Assembly (NCBI GenBank): GCA_017554185.1
Contig: JAFZIU010000028.1
Coordinates: 1-61,452, forward strand
DNA from: Spirochaetia bacterium
GTDB taxonomy: Bacteria > Spirochaetota > Spirochaetia > CADAEX01
Reading direction: 5' to 3'
DNA: 61,452 nucleotides
The notes below the pieces were generated by a model, which was not told the DNA's origin, made no database searches, and saw only the letters and a program-made list of their open reading frames with translations. Position numbers and translations under genes: made by a program. Below are positions 58,042-61,452 of this stretch, piece by piece; positions within the stretch are counted from its first letter, which is position 1, and every line of letters starts with the position of its first letter.

Positions 58042-58605
58042 TTATTCCTCCTTTCCTCTGTTCTCTACACGGAAAACAATCAGCGGAATAAGTACAAGCT
58101 GCAGGACAATGCCAGGAAGAACCCGGGGAATGCTTGTCCAGATGCTCATCGGGAGCATTTTTTCGTTTCCAAGAAGATAGAATGCGACAATACATGCAAT
58201 CATGCGGAATACCCGGCCGGCAATCAGTGCAACAAAGGTCTTAGCCACAAGCGGAAGCCTGATATAGCGCAGAAGCCCTGCAGAAAGGCCATAGCCCATA
58301 AGCTCAACCATCATGAATGGAAGCTGCACGGAATTAGGCATACCTGACATATAATGTGCAACCACAGGACCTAACAGCCCAGAAATAGCCCCTGCATAAG
58401 GGCCAGCAAGGAAGCCTACAATTATAATAGGCAGATGCATAGGACTGAAAGCTACACCAGGTGCTTTTCCTGCACCGGAAACAATTCCAAGCCAGTGGAA
58501 GAACTGGGGGACAGCTACAGCTGCCACAATTGCAAGAACAGTTGCTGCTGCCTGGACAGAGACTGAGAGCGGCTTGCGACGCTGTATTGAAATAGCACTT
58601 ATCAT
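58042..58605 (-). CDS. ECF transporter S component
   Basis: PMHLP..GF.AGP..G...P, MMVEL and PGIVLQL motifs; GGAGG RBS before ATG 58605. Confidence 0.78.
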   Translation of the reverse strand: MISAISIQRRKPLSVSVQAAATVLAIVAAVAVPQFFHWLGIVSGAGKAPGVAFSPMHLPIIIVGFLAGPYAGAISGLLGPVVAHYMSGMPNSVQLPFMMVELMGYGLSAGLLRYIRLPLVAKTFVALIAGRVFRMIACIVAFYLLGNEKMLPMSIWTSIPRVLPGIVLQLVLIPLIVFRVENRGKEE

Positions 58606-58634
58606 AATATCCTCCGAAATAATAATATCATAGT

Positions 58635-59759
58635 TTATTCCATATTTCTGCACTTCTTAAGAAGTTCAATTATAGGCAGATGCTGAGGACATGCTCCCTC
58701 GCACTGACCACATTCAATACAGTCGGAAGCCTTGCCGCGGTTCACCACAGCAACAACATACTTTCTCTTGCCCCCGTCCCAGCTCTTGTGTCTGTCCTCG
58801 TCATTCCGCACTGCAAATATCTCTGGAATTGGGATGTTCTGCGGGCATCCGCCGGTGCAGTAATGGCAGGCTGTACAAGGAATAGATTTATCATGCTCCA
58901 AAGCAGCCTGTGCCTTCTTTATAACTTCCTGCTCTGTAGGAGAAAGCGGCTTGAAATCTTTCATATAAGAGAGATTGTCCTCCATCTGCCCTATGTTGGA
59001 CATGCCGGAAAGTACTGTGATTATGCCATCCATGGATGCAACATAGCGGATAGCCCATGATGCACATGATGCATCTGGATCTGCCTCTTTGAAGATTTTC
59101 TCAATCTCAGAAATAGGCTTAGCAAGGGCACCTCCCTTGACCGGTTCCATTACCACAATGGAAACACCGTGTTTACGGGCAATATCGTAACACTTATGTG
59201 ATGCCACTCCAGGGTTTTCCCAGTCGGCATAGTTGATCTGGAGCTGCACGAAATCGATATCTGGGTGGATAGTAAGCAGTTTATCCAGAAGATCCGGATC
59301 GGCATGGAAGGAGAACCCCCAGTGTTTTATAAGTCCTCTGGCCTTCTGTTCTTTAACATAATCCCAGAGATGATAGTCGTCGTAGAGGTTGTAGTTTTCA
59401 GGCTGGATTGCATGTATCAGATAATAATCGAAATATCCGGCACCTGTACGCTCAAGGCTGGTGTAGAACTGCTGCTTTGCAGCCCTCTCATCTTTGCAAT
59501 TCAGCCAGGCATTGACTTTTGTTGCAAGGGTGTAGCTTTCACGGGGATAGCGGTCGACAAGAGCCTCTTTTATAGCCTTCTCGGAGCCGCCATTGTCATA
59601 GACATATGCTGTATCAAAATATGTTCCGCCCGCCTTGATGAACATATCCACCATAGTGCACACCTGCGGGACATCTATTGTCTTGCCATCTGCAAGCTTA
59701 GGCAGCCGCATAAGGCCGAATCCCAGCTTGAACACATCTTTCCCAAAATAATCGCTCAC
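58635..59759 (-). CDS. Aldo/keto reductase with C-terminal 4Fe-4S domain
   Basis: LGFGLMRLP, FDTAYVY, MEPVKGG, CTACHYC..CP and CIECGQC..CP motifs; GTG start. Confidence 0.92.
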   Translation of the reverse strand: MSDYFGKDVFKLGFGLMRLPKLADGKTIDVPQVCTMVDMFIKAGGTYFDTAYVYDNGGSEKAIKEALVDRYPRESYTLATKVNAWLNCKDERAAKQQFYTSLERTGAGYFDYYLIHAIQPENYNLYDDYHLWDYVKEQKARGLIKHWGFSFHADPDLLDKLLTIHPDIDFVQLQINYADWENPGVASHKCYDIARKHGVSIVVMEPVKGGALAKPISEIEKIFKEADPDASCASWAIRYVASMDGIITVLSGMSNIGQMEDNLSYMKDFKPLSPTEQEVIKKAQAALEHDKSIPCTACHYCTGGCPQNIPIPEIFAVRNDEDRHKSWDGGKRKYVVAVVNRGKASDCIECGQCEGACPQHLPIIELLKKCRNME

Positions 59760-59802
59760 TTTTTTCTCCTCTGACGGCTATATAGTATAACACAGATTTT
59801 TC

Positions 59803-60372
59803 TCATTTTGAAACCTTTTTCAGCCAAGCATCTACTGAGCTTTCTGTCTTTTTCCTGTCCTTCTGGATATTCCGTCCGGTTATGGCAAGAGGCTCTTTTA
59901 CTGTTGAGGTCTTATAAAGCCGTGCAAGAGTCTTGTCGGTGCCGGAGACCCCGCTTCCCTCGTGGGTCACGAATGGAATCAAGGTCTTTCCATTTAAGTC
60001 GTGGGATTCAAAGAAGGTATACATGGTCATAGGAAAATCGCTCCACCAGATAGGATAACAGATATAGATAGTGTCATACTTTGATACATCCACATCTCCG
60101 ATATATGCAGGACGCGCTTTCTTGTTCTTCTCGGCCAGTGCCACATCGCAGCACTCCTTGTAGTTTGCAGGATATGCCTTCTCCGGTACTATCTGGAACA
60201 TGTCGGCACCAGTCTTGGCAGCAATCATCTCAGCCACAATAGCAGCGTTTCCTTTCTCAATGTAACCTACGCCATAGTTCTCATCGGCCCTGGAATAATA
60301 GAGCACCAGAGGATTTGCGAACAATGTCCCGGCGCAGAAAATCATAAGACTTAAAATAATCAGCTTTTTCAT
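59803..60372 (-). CDS. Exported flavodoxin
   Basis: Signal peptide ending LFA; YYSRA..GN, YPIWW and FVTHEGSG motifs. Confidence 0.85.
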   Translation of the reverse strand: MKKLIILSLMIFCAGTLFANPLVLYYSRADENYGVGYIEKGNAAIVAEMIAAKTGADMFQIVPEKAYPANYKECCDVALAEKNKKARPAYIGDVDVSKYDTIYICYPIWWSDFPMTMYTFFESHDLNGKTLIPFVTHEGSGVSGTDKTLARLYKTSTVKEPLAITGRNIQKDRKKTESSVDAWLKKVSK

Positions 60373-60379
60373 ATTAACC

Positions 60380-60895
60380 TCACTTATTCTTCAAAGCCCA
60401 TGCTTCAATCTGCTTTTCCTTCTCATAAACCTGGTTTCCTATAATAGGAAGCCCCTGTGCAATCTGTGCTCCCGGACAAAGCTTCTTAAGGTCACGCTCG
60501 CTGGCTCCCATGCCGCTCCCTTCGTTGGTGCAGAATGGGATAATCTTTTTCCCAGAAAAATCATAGTGCTCAAGGAAAGACCAGACACACATCGGCATAG
60601 TACCCCACCAGTTGGGGTATCCTAAAAATATTGTATCGTACTGATCTATAGAATCTAAATATTTCTTAAGTTCAGGACGGGCTTTGGAGCGGAGCTCGGC
60701 CTTTGCCTGGCTGATGCACTCTGTATAGTCCTCTGCATATGGTTGAACTGTCTCAATCTCAAACATATCTCCACCGACAGCCTTCTGGATGAATTCAGCA
60801 GCTGCCTCAGTATTGCCCTTGGTCAGGTTGCGTATGCTCCCTGCCCAGTAGTTCTGCCCTTTGCGGGAATAATAGACGATTAAAATATTGCTCAT
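60380..60895 (-). CDS. Flavodoxin
   Basis: YYSRKG..GNT, GYPNWW and FCTNEGSG motifs. Confidence 0.9.
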   Translation of the reverse strand: MSNILIVYYSRKGQNYWAGSIRNLTKGNTEAAAEFIQKAVGGDMFEIETVQPYAEDYTECISQAKAELRSKARPELKKYLDSIDQYDTIFLGYPNWWGTMPMCVWSFLEHYDFSGKKIIPFCTNEGSGMGASERDLKKLCPGAQIAQGLPIIGNQVYEKEKQIEAWALKNK

Positions 60896-60971
60896 AATAT
60901 CGATAACCTCTTGTCCTAATGATACCTATTCTGCAGATGATATAGCAAATACTTATTTTTTATATCGTGAA

Positions 60972-60986
60972 ATGCTTTTAAGTAAT
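60972..60986. promoter_or_regulatory. Possible LysR T-N11-A box
   Basis: ATGCTTTTAAGTAAT, an imperfect dyad in the divergent flavodoxin/LysR intergenic region. Confidence 0.3.
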
Positions 60987-61029
60987 GACATGATTGAATT
61001 TATATGATAAAATAATGCAGGAGAAAAAT

Positions 61030-61452
61030 TTGGAACTACGGGTTTTGCGCTATTTTCTTGCAGTGGCCAGGGAGGAGAATATCACAAAAGCAGCAGAGCT
61101 GCTCCATATTACCCAGCCCACTCTGTCACGGCAGCTGTCGGAACTTGAGGATGAACTTGGAGCAACACTGTTTGAGAGGAAAAGCCACAGGATACGGTTG
61201 ACCCAGGATGGCCTTTTGCTCCAGCGGTCTGCCAAAGAGATAGTTGAATTAGCAGACAAGACCAAAGCTCAGTTTGCCCAGGAAGAGATCATATCAGGAA
61301 CTATCTCCTTCGGCTGCGGCGAGCTTATGAGCATGTCCAAACTGGCATCTATCATGGCTGATTTCAAGCGTCAGTATCCTCTTGTCCATTTCGACATAGA
61401 AAGCGGAAATGCAGACCATATAAAGTATCAATTGGAGAAAGGACTCCTAGAC
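61030..61452 (+). CDS. LysR family transcriptional regulator, truncated by the window edge
   Basis: Read manually from TTG 61030 after GGAG: (M)ELRVLRYFLAVAREENITKAAELLHITQPTLSRQLSELEDELG. Confidence 0.92.
   Translation, partial: MELRVLRYFLAVAREENITKAAELLHITQPTLSRQLSELEDELGATLFERKSHRIRLTQDGLLLQRSAKEIVELADKTKAQFAQEEIISGTISFGCGELMSMSKLASIMADFKRQYPLVHFDIESGNADHIKYQLEKGLLD

Noticed and set aside
49947-61452. Accessory region as an integrated mobile element
   Set aside because: No integrase, transposase, tRNA target or flanking direct repeats visible within the window.

Overview
A gene-dense (~55 CDS) chromosomal segment from an anaerobic spirochaete (Spirochaetia). The assignment rests on spirochaete-type gene orders (murG-cvpA-holB-PAS histidine kinase; dnaE-yggT-recG; gltX-glyQS-tyrS), a fused PyrBI and a TPAT (TatT-TatP-TatQM) transporter. 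Bases 1-49.9 kb are mostly housekeeping and metabolic genes (rarA, manA, argH, htrA, hcpR-hcp, guaB, nifJ, plsC, rpiA). From ~50 kb the window looks accessory: an AAA-ATPase/PLD-nuclease/WYL trio, then a LysR-linked redox island with four flavodoxin domains, a DUF4405 membrane protein, an FGE-fold/flavodoxin fusion, DUF362, an ADH and an AKR. I saw no rRNA, tRNA, CRISPR array, transposase or integrase. The best candidates for undescribed biology are: (1) the WYL-PLD-AAA module, with a candidate operator; (2) a LoaP antiterminator heading a xanthine-dehydrogenase-like operon that has lost its Moco, catalytic and FAD motifs; (3) a putative extracytoplasmic flavodoxin electron-transfer module; (4) pervasive leaderless promoter architecture. 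All calls come from reading the sequence and recalling motifs; no database searches were run.
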